A stretch of DNA of 64,000 nt from Candidatus Sulfopaludibacter sp. (GTDB taxonomy: Bacteria; Verrucomicrobiota; Verrucomicrobiia; Limisphaerales; UBA11358), in contig DATJNM010000031.1 of the NCBI GenBank assembly GCA_035508155.1, positions 14,489-78,488 of the forward strand. Direction: 5' to 3'. Position numbers and translations under genes: made by a program. Below, piece after piece: positions 1-8,408 of this stretch. The stretch's first letter is position 1, and each line of letters starts with the position of its first letter. The notes beneath the pieces were generated by a model. The model saw only the letters and a program-made list of their open reading frames with translations. It searched no databases and was not told the origin of the DNA.

Positions 1-476
1 CGCGGAGTGAGTCGGTTCGTCCGGGATCCCGCGGAAACACCTCGCACGAACGCCTCGCGGCACTGTTCAAGCAGGCGTTTGGAGATCGCCGGACTGAAAA
101 ATGCGTTTCCACTTTTGCATTCGCGGACTGCCCGGATCAGTTCGGTGGCCGCGCTTTGTTTTATCAGGTAACCTGCGGCCCCCACCTCGGTCACTTGATG
201 CACATACTCATCATCGCTATAGGACGAGAGAATGAGCACCTTGGTCGTAGGAACTTCTTTGATGATCTGCCGGGTAGCCTCGAAACCATTGAGCAGGGGC
301 ATCGCCAGGTCCATCAGCACCACATCAGGCAGCAGTTCCAAGGTCAGTCGCAAAGCCTGCCGCCCCGTTTCCGCTTCACCTACAATAGAAATATCCGGTT
401 CGGCCTCCAGAAGTGCGCGTAGCCCCTGCCGCACCACCGTATGATCATCAGCCAGTAAGACTTTTATTTTTTCCAT
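1..476 (-). CDS. Response regulator, receiver (REC) domain; 3' part with the output domain lies outside the window
   Basis: Not in the ORF track because it runs off the left edge. Hand translation of the minus strand from ATG at 476..474 gives MEKIKVLLADDHTVVRQGLRALLEAEPDISIVGEAETGRQAL..VVLMDLAMPLLNGFEATRQI..KVLILSSYSDDEY, a canonical receiver fold of the NarL/FixJ class. The start overlaps the upstream kinase stop by 29 nt. Confidence 0.85.
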   Translation of the reverse strand, partial: MEKIKVLLADDHTVVRQGLRALLEAEPDISIVGEAETGRQALRLTLELLPDVVLMDLAMPLLNGFEATRQIIKEVPTTKVLILSSYSDDEYVHQVTEVGAAGYLIKQSAATELIRAVRECKSGNAFFSPAISKRLLEQCREAFVRGVSAGSRTNRLTP

Positions 477-1668
477 ATTGACTCCTGGGTACAGTTAAAA
501 TCTTCAGGTCACGTTCCCGGGCGCGCGCGGAGGCCTTTCCTTTTGTCGGCACAGCCATGCGATCTTCCTTCAAGGGCATCCGTGTGCCTCCATGGCTCAA
601 GGGAATCTCCACACTAACGGTGGTTCCTTTGCCGGGATACGGTCTGATTGTGAACTTGCCATTGACCAGCCGCAGACGCTCTTGCATGCCCAACAAACCA
701 AGCCGCATTTTGTCCTTTGCGGGATTCAGCGGGTTTTTCTTGAACGATTTGCCATTATCCACAACCTCCATGCAAACGCTTTTCTGACGTTTGCAAATCA
801 CAATCCTCACCTGACTGGCTCGCGCGTGTTTGGCCACGTTGGTAAGACTTTCCTGGGCGACACGAAACAGGGCTGTTTTTTGATCGGGACCCAATTCTTC
901 GGCGATGGGATTGCCGCGAAAGCTAACATGGAGTGCGGTTCGGTTTGCAAAGCCTCTCAGATAGCAGCGCAGCGCAGGCAGCAAACCCAACTCGTCCAGC
1001 ATGGCGGGCCGCAACTCGCGAGCGAAACGATGCACTGCTTCCATCGTCCGCTGCAACAGGACCTGCGTATCTTTAATTGTCCGACTGAAGTTTTCGCGGT
1101 TTCCCGCGCCGTTATTTTTGAGCGCCCCGATATTTATGCTGACGGCCGTCATGGCTTGGCTGATCTCATCATGCAGTTCGCGGCTGATGCGTTTCCGTTC
1201 CTCCTCCTGCACCATTAGAATTTTATTCGACAGGTTTCGCAGGTTTTCCTCCATGCGCTGGGCTCGATTGAACAATTCACGGAAATGATTTTCGCTCTCG
1301 CGCAAGGCTTTCTCCGTACGTTTGTGTTCGCCGATTTCCAATTCCAATTCCAAATTGCGTTCCTGCAATTTTACGTTGATTTCACGAAAGCCGCGATGTG
1401 CCGCCTCAAAAGGGGAGAGCGTTTCCAGGAAAAAAATCTCCTTCGCATTCAAAACCTGCTCCTGGCTTTCCGGCAACAACAAAGACCGTAACAAGTTCTT
1501 TGTGGCTCCCTCGTGGAGCCTGGCCATGTCCAAAACACCCAGCCCGCTGGCAATCGCCACCCGCCCCAGTTCATAAGCCTCCTCCAAAACCGCCTCCCGA
1601 CCGTCCGTCAGGTATTTCCGCAGGGTTGCGACGTATCGCTGCGTCAATTTGGACAGGTGTTTATTCAT
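448..1668 (-). CDS. Sensor histidine kinase (HisKA_3 + HATPase_c) with RsbU_N-like N-terminal domain
   Basis: ORF 448..1713. ATG at 1668 (MNKHLSKL) is preferred because it overlaps the upstream stop as ATGAATAA. The first ~95 aa (LTQRYVATLRKYLTDGREAVLEEAYELGRVAIASGLGVLDMARLHEGA..) resemble the RsbU N-terminal domain. Then come a coiled coil, the H-box RISRELHDEISQ, and ATPase motifs NVAKHA, DNGKSF, GLLGMQERL, GKGTTV. Confidence 0.85.
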   Translation of the reverse strand: MNKHLSKLTQRYVATLRKYLTDGREAVLEEAYELGRVAIASGLGVLDMARLHEGATKNLLRSLLLPESQEQVLNAKEIFFLETLSPFEAAHRGFREINVKLQERNLELELEIGEHKRTEKALRESENHFRELFNRAQRMEENLRNLSNKILMVQEEERKRISRELHDEISQAMTAVSINIGALKNNGAGNRENFSRTIKDTQVLLQRTMEAVHRFARELRPAMLDELGLLPALRCYLRGFANRTALHVSFRGNPIAEELGPDQKTALFRVAQESLTNVAKHARASQVRIVICKRQKSVCMEVVDNGKSFKKNPLNPAKDKMRLGLLGMQERLRLVNGKFTIRPYPGKGTTVSVEIPLSHGGTRMPLKEDRMAVPTKGKASARARERDLKILTVPRSQYGKNKSLTG

Positions 1669-2290
1669 GCGCCAGGCCGAGATAACGCGAAACCAGCACC
1701 AGCGCGTCATCAATCCCGTTGAAATACCGGTGGAGGATGTTTTCGGCGATATGCTTTGGCGATTCCTTCAGGTTGATTCCTTCAGCAAATCCAGGACGAA
1801 TTCCGTCAGTGGCAAGAATCACCACATCGCCTGCCGACAGCGGAACAACGCTGGCCTGCAATACTGGCAATTGATAACCCACCAATCCGCTGCGCAACAA
1901 AACATTTTCTTTCGGATGGCCGATGCCGGGTTCGGCGCGCAGCAACCGCCCTTCCACATTGCCGACCCCCAGCCAGGTGAGCGTGCCTTCGAGTGCGTGC
2001 AGTGATGCCACGGTCATCACAACGCCCCGGGTCTTCGTCAATTTTTCATGGCAGCGCCTGACCAGCGAGATGACCGACTCCTGCTTGTGTTCTATCAAGA
2101 CGCCCGCAGCCGTTTGGGCGGCTAAAATAGCCTCTTCGCCGTGCCCTATTCCATCAATGGCCGCCATCAGAACACCGTGAGGCAACCGTTCGACCAGGTG
2201 CAGATCCCCGGACACTTTTTGCCCGGCCAACGTCCGCGATGCGACGCTCCAATCGATCAATTGATGATTCTCGGCCGTGGTTGAAATCAT
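1661..2290 (-). CDS. rsbX: PP2C/SpoIIE-type serine phosphatase, RsbX-like
   Basis: 209 aa with SGDLHLV, AAIDGIGHGEEA and ILATDGI motifs. Its size and its position directly after the RsbT-like kinase match the stressosome feedback phosphatase. Confidence 0.7.
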   Translation of the reverse strand: MISTTAENHQLIDWSVASRTLAGQKVSGDLHLVERLPHGVLMAAIDGIGHGEEAILAAQTAAGVLIEHKQESVISLVRRCHEKLTKTRGVVMTVASLHALEGTLTWLGVGNVEGRLLRAEPGIGHPKENVLLRSGLVGYQLPVLQASVVPLSAGDVVILATDGIRPGFAEGINLKESPKHIAENILHRYFNGIDDALVLVSRYLGLAHE

Positions 2291-2293
2291 GTG

Positions 2294-2695
2294 TCAGTGC
2301 AACCATTTTTTCATGGTTACTGTTGTTCCCTTCCCCACCTCGGAATCAATGTCAAATTCGTCCATCAACCATTTGGCCCCCGGCAGTCCCACACCCAGCC
2401 CCTTGCGTGTCGAGTAACCATATTGCATGGCTTGGGCTATGTCTGCTATGCCCGGCCCGTCGTCCCGGGCGACGATCTGGATGCCATGTTTGCTGCTGTT
2501 GTTGACCGGTGCAACAATGATCTCTCCCTGCTTGGCATGGTCAATAATGTTCCGGGCCACCTCGGAAATGGCAGTGGCGATGACGGTCAAATCCGACCCA
2601 ACAAAGCCCAGTTTCATCGCGAGTGCGCGCCCTGTCTGGCGCGCCGTGACGATATCCGCAGAGGAACCGACCATGACTCGCGTTTCACTTTGCAT
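2294..2695 (-). CDS. rsbT: Anti-sigma-type serine kinase (single GHKL ATPase domain), RsbT-like
   Basis: 133 aa with EVARNIIDHA, DDGPGI, GLGVGLPG and GKGTTV motifs. It overlaps the upstream STAS gene by 11 nt. Confidence 0.8.
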   Translation of the reverse strand: MQSETRVMVGSSADIVTARQTGRALAMKLGFVGSDLTVIATAISEVARNIIDHAKQGEIIVAPVNNSSKHGIQIVARDDGPGIADIAQAMQYGYSTRKGLGVGLPGAKWLMDEFDIDSEVGKGTTVTMKKWLH

Positions 2696-3059
2696 GTTTT
2701 TTGGCTTTCTTGATCAGCCCGTCAAGATATGCCAGCCCTTCCTCCAAGTCCAAGGCGGTCCCCACCCCTTCCAAGGTCAGCGACAATTGCACCATGGCAA
2801 ATGCCACGTCGGGTTGGATGCCGACAATGACGGTTTCCGCGCCGCGTAGCTTGAGCATGTGGGACATTTCGCGCAACAGGCGCGTCGCAAAGGAATCAAT
2901 AACATCCAGCACCGTCACGTCTATGATGACCCCGCGGGAACGGAACTGTCCGACCCGTTCGGCGAGATCATCGCGCAATTGCACCAGGTCGGCATCCGAC
3001 AGCACGGACTGGACACTCGCGATAAGATAATTCCCCTGTTTGAGAACGGGAACATGCAT
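2685..3059 (-). CDS. rsbS: Single-domain STAS protein, RsbS-like
   Basis: 124 aa STAS fold: GVIIDVTVLDVIDSFATRLL..GAETVIVGIQPDVAFAM, with the conserved IDS phospho-acceptor context. Confidence 0.8.
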   Translation of the reverse strand: MHVPVLKQGNYLIASVQSVLSDADLVQLRDDLAERVGQFRSRGVIIDVTVLDVIDSFATRLLREMSHMLKLRGAETVIVGIQPDVAFAMVQLSLTLEGVGTALDLEEGLAYLDGLIKKAKKHAK

Positions 3060-3068
3060 AAATGCAAC

Positions 3069-4007
3069 CTAGGTCTGTTGTTCCTGCGCGGTCGCCTCGC
3101 TGGTGAGCATGACCTTGTAACCCAGCAACCGCTCAGCCTCCTCAATGCCACCCTGCAGGTCGCCGACCGCGTTCATCTTGCTCAAATCCACCCCAATCGT
3201 CACCAGCGTCTGCGCGATTTCCGAGGACAAGCCGGTGATAATGACGCTCGCGCCCATGAGCCGCGAGGCTTCCACCGTCTGCACCAAATGGTTTGCGACA
3301 GTCGAGTCGATCGTCGGCACGCCCGTGATGTCCACGACGACGACTTTCGCGCGATTGTTGCGGATACCGCGCAGCAATTGCTCGGTCAGTTGGCGCGCGC
3401 GCTGCGAATCAATCACGCCGATGATCGGCAGAATCAGCAACCGTTCGCGCACTTGAAGCACGGGCGTGGACAATTCACGAATAGCTTCCTGTTGCTGGCG
3501 GATGACGCGTTCGCGTTCCTGCACAAAGCTCACCGCCACAGTGTTCGCAATACGATTGGCCGCCGGTTCGTAGGCGTCCAGCACCTGATTGAGCAACTCA
3601 AAGTCCGCCTGATATTTTTTGAACAATGACCGCGCCAGTACGTCGCGCAGCAGCAACACAATGCCGACGACTTCGTTCGTTTCCACGCCGCGGGGAATGA
3701 TGCGCTCCGAAAGGTTGCGCGCATAAGCCTGCAACGCCTCCACGCTGCCGGTTTCCAGCACTTCGACGTAGTTGTCATACACCGAGGTGGCTTCGGTAAA
3801 GATCTCGTCCTTGGTCATCGCGGTGAGCAATTGCGCCTCGGTGATGCGCCGCGCCCACTCCTCGCGCAGTTGCGTCCGGTTCTGGCGCAGATGGGAGACC
3901 AGCTCGCGCAACAACGCGGCGCTGGCTTCGCTAACCGGCGGGCTGATCGTGGCGGTGGTGGTGGAGCGACCGGCGCTTGGCTTGGATTTTTTGGCTATGC
4001 GTTTCAT
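3069..4007 (-). CDS. rsbR: Stressosome sensor protein, RsbR-like (RsbRD_N-like helical N-domain + C-terminal STAS)
   Basis: 312 aa. The C-terminus VVVVDITGVPTIDSTVANHLVQ..GASVIITGLSSEIAQTLV is a STAS domain with Thr/Ser acceptor contexts. GGAGG lies 5 nt upstream of the ATG (cctcc at 4013..4017). Confidence 0.8.
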   Translation of the reverse strand: MKRIAKKSKPSAGRSTTTATISPPVSEASAALLRELVSHLRQNRTQLREEWARRITEAQLLTAMTKDEIFTEATSVYDNYVEVLETGSVEALQAYARNLSERIIPRGVETNEVVGIVLLLRDVLARSLFKKYQADFELLNQVLDAYEPAANRIANTVAVSFVQERERVIRQQQEAIRELSTPVLQVRERLLILPIIGVIDSQRARQLTEQLLRGIRNNRAKVVVVDITGVPTIDSTVANHLVQTVEASRLMGASVIITGLSSEIAQTLVTIGVDLSKMNAVGDLQGGIEEAERLLGYKVMLTSEATAQEQQT

Positions 4008-4705
4008 TGGGACCTCCTCGTCAGGGGTGTTAATGCCCTTCCTCTCATTTTCGCGATCTTCATTATCACAATCGTTAGCCCTAGTTTAGAGGTCAAGACC
4101 GGAGAAGCGTAGTGGGTATATACCCCATTTTTTGGCACCTTGGTTGACAGCAAGTATTACAACCGGCCAGGTGCGCTGCTTGGAGTTGTCCTTTAAGTTG
4201 GGGTTCGCAGCCAACGTGTTTGGGGCCTTCACCCACTTTCAAAAAGGCCCCACAGCTTCTACCTTGGGTACTGTGAAATGGGTGATTGGTTCGACAAGAA
4301 TATGAACCTGTTTTTTGTCCATGAACGGTTCGGGGCATTCACCGGCGCCAGATCAAATATTCTGGCGATGGCAACTGCATTCAACCAACGTGGCCATGTG
4401 ACCGGCCCAGCTTGTGGGATGTTCGCCGGCAAAGGCAAAAAGCCATCGGTGGGAACGTTCCATCATTGCTTCCCATTGGCGGGCGCCGCGTGGGTCAAGA
4501 GATTACCAGCGACGAAACGGGATTTACCACCTGCAAGGTGTGAAGTGTACGTCAGTGGCACAAAACCCACTTCAAAAACGAACGGATCGTGTTCTAGCGT
4601 GTTGGCGCGGCCAGCGCTCCAGGTCGTTTTGCAGAACAAATTCACAAGAAGCAGCGACGTTCCGCGAATAAAACAAAATGAACAAGGCGGTAAAGAGAGC
4701 ATATT

Positions 4706-5218
4706 ATGAATGCAACCTTTGAAACACCCTTTACTTTCACGAAATCGAGGACCTTAAAGTCGGCAAAACGCAAAATCCTGCTGGCGGACGACGATCCCAC
4801 CATGCGTCAAGTATTGTTCCAGCTTCTGACGGGGAGAGATTTTCTCGTCCTGACAGCGGCCAACGGCGTTGAAGCGTTCGAGCTCGTTAATACCAAAAAG
4901 TTTGACCTCGTGCTGCTGGATTTGAGCATGGCGATTGAGGATGGGTGGGAAACCTTCGGACGGCTTTCAGCGCAAAATCCGCTGCTGCCAATCATCCTGA
5001 TCACTGACCGTCCCAACCAGTTTTTTCATGCAGTGGCATCGGGCATCGGCGCCTTGTTGGAAAAACCACTGAATTTCACAAGACTTTTTCACACCATCCA
5101 CGATCTTTTGCAAGAACCCGCCGAAGAGCGTTGGGCGCGCTTCATGGGGCGACCCGCGGGATTTCACTACATCCCGTCGAAGGAAGACGCCGCCTCAAAA
5201 GTCTGGAGGGTAAATTGA
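4706..5218 (+). CDS. Stand-alone response-regulator receiver protein
   Basis: 170 aa: KILLADDDPTMRQVL..FDLVLLDLSMAIEDGWETF..PIILITD. There is no output domain. Confidence 0.85.
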   Translation: MNATFETPFTFTKSRTLKSAKRKILLADDDPTMRQVLFQLLTGRDFLVLTAANGVEAFELVNTKKFDLVLLDLSMAIEDGWETFGRLSAQNPLLPIILITDRPNQFFHAVASGIGALLEKPLNFTRLFHTIHDLLQEPAEERWARFMGRPAGFHYIPSKEDAASKVWRVN

Positions 5219-5476
5219 AATCCAACAACACACCCACATGATGGCGCGGTTGCAGACAATTAATGAAGGCCTGCGGGGACAACCCCAATATGTCCAGCGT
5301 CTTCAAATGGCAAGCCGGTCGTTGCTTCAACCACGACCAATAAAAACGCCCGGTTTGCCCCTATTTCACCGCCAGCCGTTGATTTTGGCGGGCGGTTCGA
5401 GCTGAAATCGCCGGCAGCATCGGTATGCGGTTACTGGCTCTGACGAACACGGCAAACCACAAATGAAAGGAATAAC

Positions 5477-5623
5477 ATGAAAACGACCAGGTCAAAAAAC
5501 TGGATGGTAGTTTGCATGGCTGTTTTGACGGCGGCGGCGGATGACGCGTCAGCAACCGCACCGGCTGCGAAAGCGCAGAAGAATTCCGTCGCCTCCTCCA
5601 CGCCACCGGTGACTGGTTATTAA
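5477..5623 (+). CDS. Possible small secreted peptide (48 aa)
   Basis: Below the ORF-track size cut-off; hand translation gives MKTTRSKNWMVVCMAVLTAAADDASATAPAAKAQKNSVASSTPPVTGY*. AAGGA lies upstream and a hairpin follows at 5659..5705. It competes with an unconvincing antisense ORF at 5361..5606. Confidence 0.3.
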   Translation: MKTTRSKNWMVVCMAVLTAAADDASATAPAAKAQKNSVASSTPPVTGY

Positions 5624-5658
5624 ATCAAAAAATGACGAGCGTTAATACGCCAAGGGGC

Positions 5659-5710
5659 GGGCACGTCCCGAATGGTGGGGAGTTTGTTTGTTTCGGGACG
5701 TGTCCTTTTA
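5659..5710 (+). terminator. Hairpin (14-nt arms, 1 mismatch, 19-nt loop) followed by TTTTA
   Basis: gggcacgtcccgaa (5659..5672) pairs with ttcgggacgtgtcc (5692..5705). The loop is large for an intrinsic terminator, so the function is uncertain. Confidence 0.3.
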
Positions 5711-5896
5711 CCAAGGGGATTTGCTCCGGTGGAACAGGAGATCAACTTGCCGAAAACTTGCTCAAGCCAGATATGCGATTAAACCGGGCATGAAGGGCCA
5801 GGATGGGTAAATCGGGCGCATTCCCACAAGCCAAGGGGCCTTTGCGCTAACTCCCAGTCTGCCAGTTTTGCCGCGACGATTGCGTGAGTCACTCCC

Positions 5897-6928
5897 TCAT
5901 ACTGCAACCGCCAGGGCGGCATTATCTTCAGCGGCCGGCCGGTCCCGCTCTTCCATCTTCGCCCGCAATTTCTTCAGCGCCTGGTCTTGAATCTGCCGGA
6001 TGCGTTCGCGCGTCACACCTAAATGAGCGCCGACTTCTTCCAGGGTTCTTTGCGTGCCGTCTTTCAGCCCAAAACGCATGGCCAGAATCTTGTTTTCACG
6101 CTGATCCAGTGTGCCCAGAACCTCCCGCACCAGCTCGGTGTCGGTTTCCTGGACGAGCCGATCAAAGGGCGCCGCGGCATTGGGATCCGCCACCACTTCT
6201 GAAACGCGTTCCGATGCGTCGTCACCAATCGGGGCATCCAGCGAGACCGGCGCCTTGGATGCCTGGCGATACTGTCGGATCCGCCGGGGATCAAGGTCCA
6301 GTTCATGCGCCAACTCTTCGTCGGTCGGGTCACGGTCAAAAGCTTCACGCAACTTCACCTCTGCCCGTCGAATATGGGCCACCTTATCCACCACATGCAC
6401 GGGCAGACGAATGGTCTTTCCCTGATTGGCCAGCGCGCGTTTGATGCTCTGTTTGATCCACCAGGAGGCATAAGTGGAAAGCTTGGCACCTTTCCGGGGA
6501 TCGAAGCGTTCGACACCCTTCATCAGACCGATGTTGCCTTCGTTGATGAGGTCAAGCAGCGGCAGGCCCATCCCTTCATAGTCGTGGGCAATCTTCACCA
6601 CCAGCCGCAGGTTGGCTTTGATCATGTGTTCGCGCGCCCGCCGGTCGCCCCGCCGAATCCGTTTCGCCAGCGCGATTTCCTCCTGCGGGGTCAGCAACCT
6701 GACCTGGCCGATTTCGTGGAGATACAACTGCAAAACGTCGCCGCGCGCCGAATCGGTTGGCGGCGATTCCGCCGGGGTCAATTCCCGTGCCGGCTGCGCC
6801 GGCTGGGGAAGCATGGCGGCTTTCGACAACACCAGGTTGCTGCCCAGCCGCGGCACGAGCGCGCGGACGTCGCCTGACACGAGCCGTATTGTCCCGCGCC
6901 GATGGGGTCGTTTAGACGTTGTCTTCAT
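5897..6928 (-). CDS. RNA polymerase sigma-70 family factor (RpoD-like, regions 1.2-4)
   Basis: [24 protein letters not shown]; ANLRLVVKIAHDY; DLINEGNIGLMKGVERFDPRKGAKLSTYASWWIKQSIKRAL; TLEEVGAHLGVTRERIRQIQDQALKKLR. The annotated start overlaps the trxA stop by 17 nt, and an internal start (MLPQP) is possible. Confidence 0.9.
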   Translation of the reverse strand: MKTTSKRPHRRGTIRLVSGDVRALVPRLGSNLVLSKAAMLPQPAQPARELTPAESPPTDSARGDVLQLYLHEIGQVRLLTPQEEIALAKRIRRGDRRAREHMIKANLRLVVKIAHDYEGMGLPLLDLINEGNIGLMKGVERFDPRKGAKLSTYASWWIKQSIKRALANQGKTIRLPVHVVDKVAHIRRAEVKLREAFDRDPTDEELAHELDLDPRRIRQYRQASKAPVSLDAPIGDDASERVSEVVADPNAAAPFDRLVQETDTELVREVLGTLDQRENKILAMRFGLKDGTQRTLEEVGAHLGVTRERIRQIQDQALKKLRAKMEERDRPAAEDNAALAVAV

Positions 6929-7277
6929 CTGTCGCTCCTTGTTCTTGCGCTTTGACCGCGAGTTCGTTCAGCTTGGATAAGATGGTCTGCCGGCTCACGG
7001 CGCCCACCGTTTGGTTGCGTAATTCGCCATTGGCAAAATACAACAACGTCGGAATGGACCGGATGCCAAAACGCGCGGCCAACGCAGGGTGGTCGTCCAC
7101 ATTAACCTTGGCGACCTTGACGCCGTTGTTTGGTGCGGCGGCAATTTCGTCAAGTACGGGCGCGAGCATTTTGCATGGCCCGCACCACTCAGCCCAAAAA
7201 TCCACGAGCACCGGCTGGCTGGATTTGAGGACTTCGGTCTCAAAATTTGCCTCGTCGATTTCAATTGTCGGTTTCAT
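6912..7277 (-). CDS. trxA: Thioredoxin
   Basis: 121 aa with the WAEWCGPCK active site and typical thioredoxin length and fold signature. Confidence 0.92.
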   Translation of the reverse strand: MKPTIEIDEANFETEVLKSSQPVLVDFWAEWCGPCKMLAPVLDEIAAAPNNGVKVAKVNVDDHPALAARFGIRSIPTLLYFANGELRNQTVGAVSRQTILSKLNELAVKAQEQGATDEDNV

Positions 7278-7346
7278 CTATCGCTCCCATCCGTTCCTCT
7301 ATATGTAACAACTAATGTTACATCGTCGTTCAAAAAAAAGAGGATG

Positions 7347-7787
7347 TCAAACCATTTTTTTTGAAGCAGAGGAGGCCTTCACCGCGTTGATCACATCCGC
7401 CAGACTGGTCTTCCCCAGGTCACGCTCCATGGCTTTCTGCGCCGACGCAAAAATCCGGTCCAACTCCTTGCGAATACAATGGCCTACGGGGCAGGCGGTA
7501 TTGGGCTTTCGGGCAGGCGCAGCGAAAGGTTCAGCTTCTTCAACCGCACGATATACTTCAGCAAGATTAATACGGCCTGGCGCCCGGTTCAGGCGGGAAC
7601 CGGAGCCCGCCCCTTTACAAGTGTCCACCAGTTTGGCCCGTTGCAGGGACAAGAGCAGCCGCCGGATAGTGACCGGGTTGGTGTTAACGCTGCCAGCCAG
7701 GAACACGGACGTCACCCGGTCGCCCTCCTTGTAAGCGAGGACGGCCAGCACGTGAACCGCCATGCCAAAACGACAACTGGTTCGCAT
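7347..7787 (-). CDS. Rrf2-family transcriptional regulator
   Basis: The N-terminus MRTSCRFGMAVHVLAVLAY..VTSVFLAGSVNTNPVTIRRLLLSLQRAKLV is a typical Rrf2 winged helix. Confidence 0.8.
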   Translation of the reverse strand: MRTSCRFGMAVHVLAVLAYKEGDRVTSVFLAGSVNTNPVTIRRLLLSLQRAKLVDTCKGAGSGSRLNRAPGRINLAEVYRAVEEAEPFAAPARKPNTACPVGHCIRKELDRIFASAQKAMERDLGKTSLADVINAVKASSASKKMV

Positions 7788-7856
7788 AAACTGTGATTAA
7801 TAAGTAACCGCAGTGATTACATCTGTCAATAATATTTGCCGGCAAGGGCGGGCGAG

Positions 7857-8207
7857 TCAGGGAACGGAACTCAGCAGCTTTAAGGTGGGCTTGGAAAATA
7901 CAGTGTCAAACTGTTCCCGGGCCGCGGAGGGCAATTTGCCGGCGTTGACCAGCCTTTCGGTGGTCTGCCGGTAAAAGGCGGTGTCCGTCATGGGCAGAGT
8001 CACCGGGGAAATCTCCACTCCCGACTGGCTGGCTTCCAGAAAACGGCAAAAACTCAGGATGGAATGGACCTCTCCCTCGAGCGCCATCCGGCCGTTGGCC
8101 AAATCATCCGCCAGCATTTGCGCCTCGCGTTTCGCGACCGCAACAATCGCTCCGGCCGGTATCCGGTCAATCATCTTCGAAAACGGATGGAACAAATGAA
8201 CACCCAT
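7857..8207 (-). CDS. Hypothetical protein
   Basis: 116-aa ORF on the same strand as its neighbours. No recognisable motif. Confidence 0.4.
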   Translation of the reverse strand: MGVHLFHPFSKMIDRIPAGAIVAVAKREAQMLADDLANGRMALEGEVHSILSFCRFLEASQSGVEISPVTLPMTDTAFYRQTTERLVNAGKLPSAAREQFDTVFSKPTLKLLSSVP

Positions 8208-8408
8208 AAATGCTAATCTTATTTATTAAAGCAGTAACCGTTCCACGAACCTCCGTCAAGGGCGAGGGGCTCGATCATCCGGAAATCAGGGGGTTTTGCG
8301 CTCCCGACGCCGGTCTTGACCCGGAGGCGAACAATCACCTGGCACGGAAAAGACCGGCGTGGAACGAACGAAGCCAGTGGGCCAGTGGGCGAAGCCCCGC
8401 CGAACCAT

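Noticed and set aside
4278-4709. 143-aa ORF in the long spacer upstream of the receiver gene
   Set aside because: The composition is not protein-like, it has no motifs, it ends by overlapping the receiver start, and several equally poor ORFs overlap it on both strands. It is treated as non-coding, with a possible decayed gene noted in the findings.
5361-5606. 81-aa minus-strand ORF
   Set aside because: It is Arg/Pro/Ser-rich with no start context. It overlaps the more plausible small plus-strand ORF and is most likely spurious.
6912-6928. 17-nt overlap between the sigma-70 gene start and the trxA stop as a special coupling
   Set aside because: The sigma N-terminus (MKTTSKRPHRRG..) is unconserved-looking and an internal Met (MLPQP) could be the real start. 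The overlap may be an annotation artefact.
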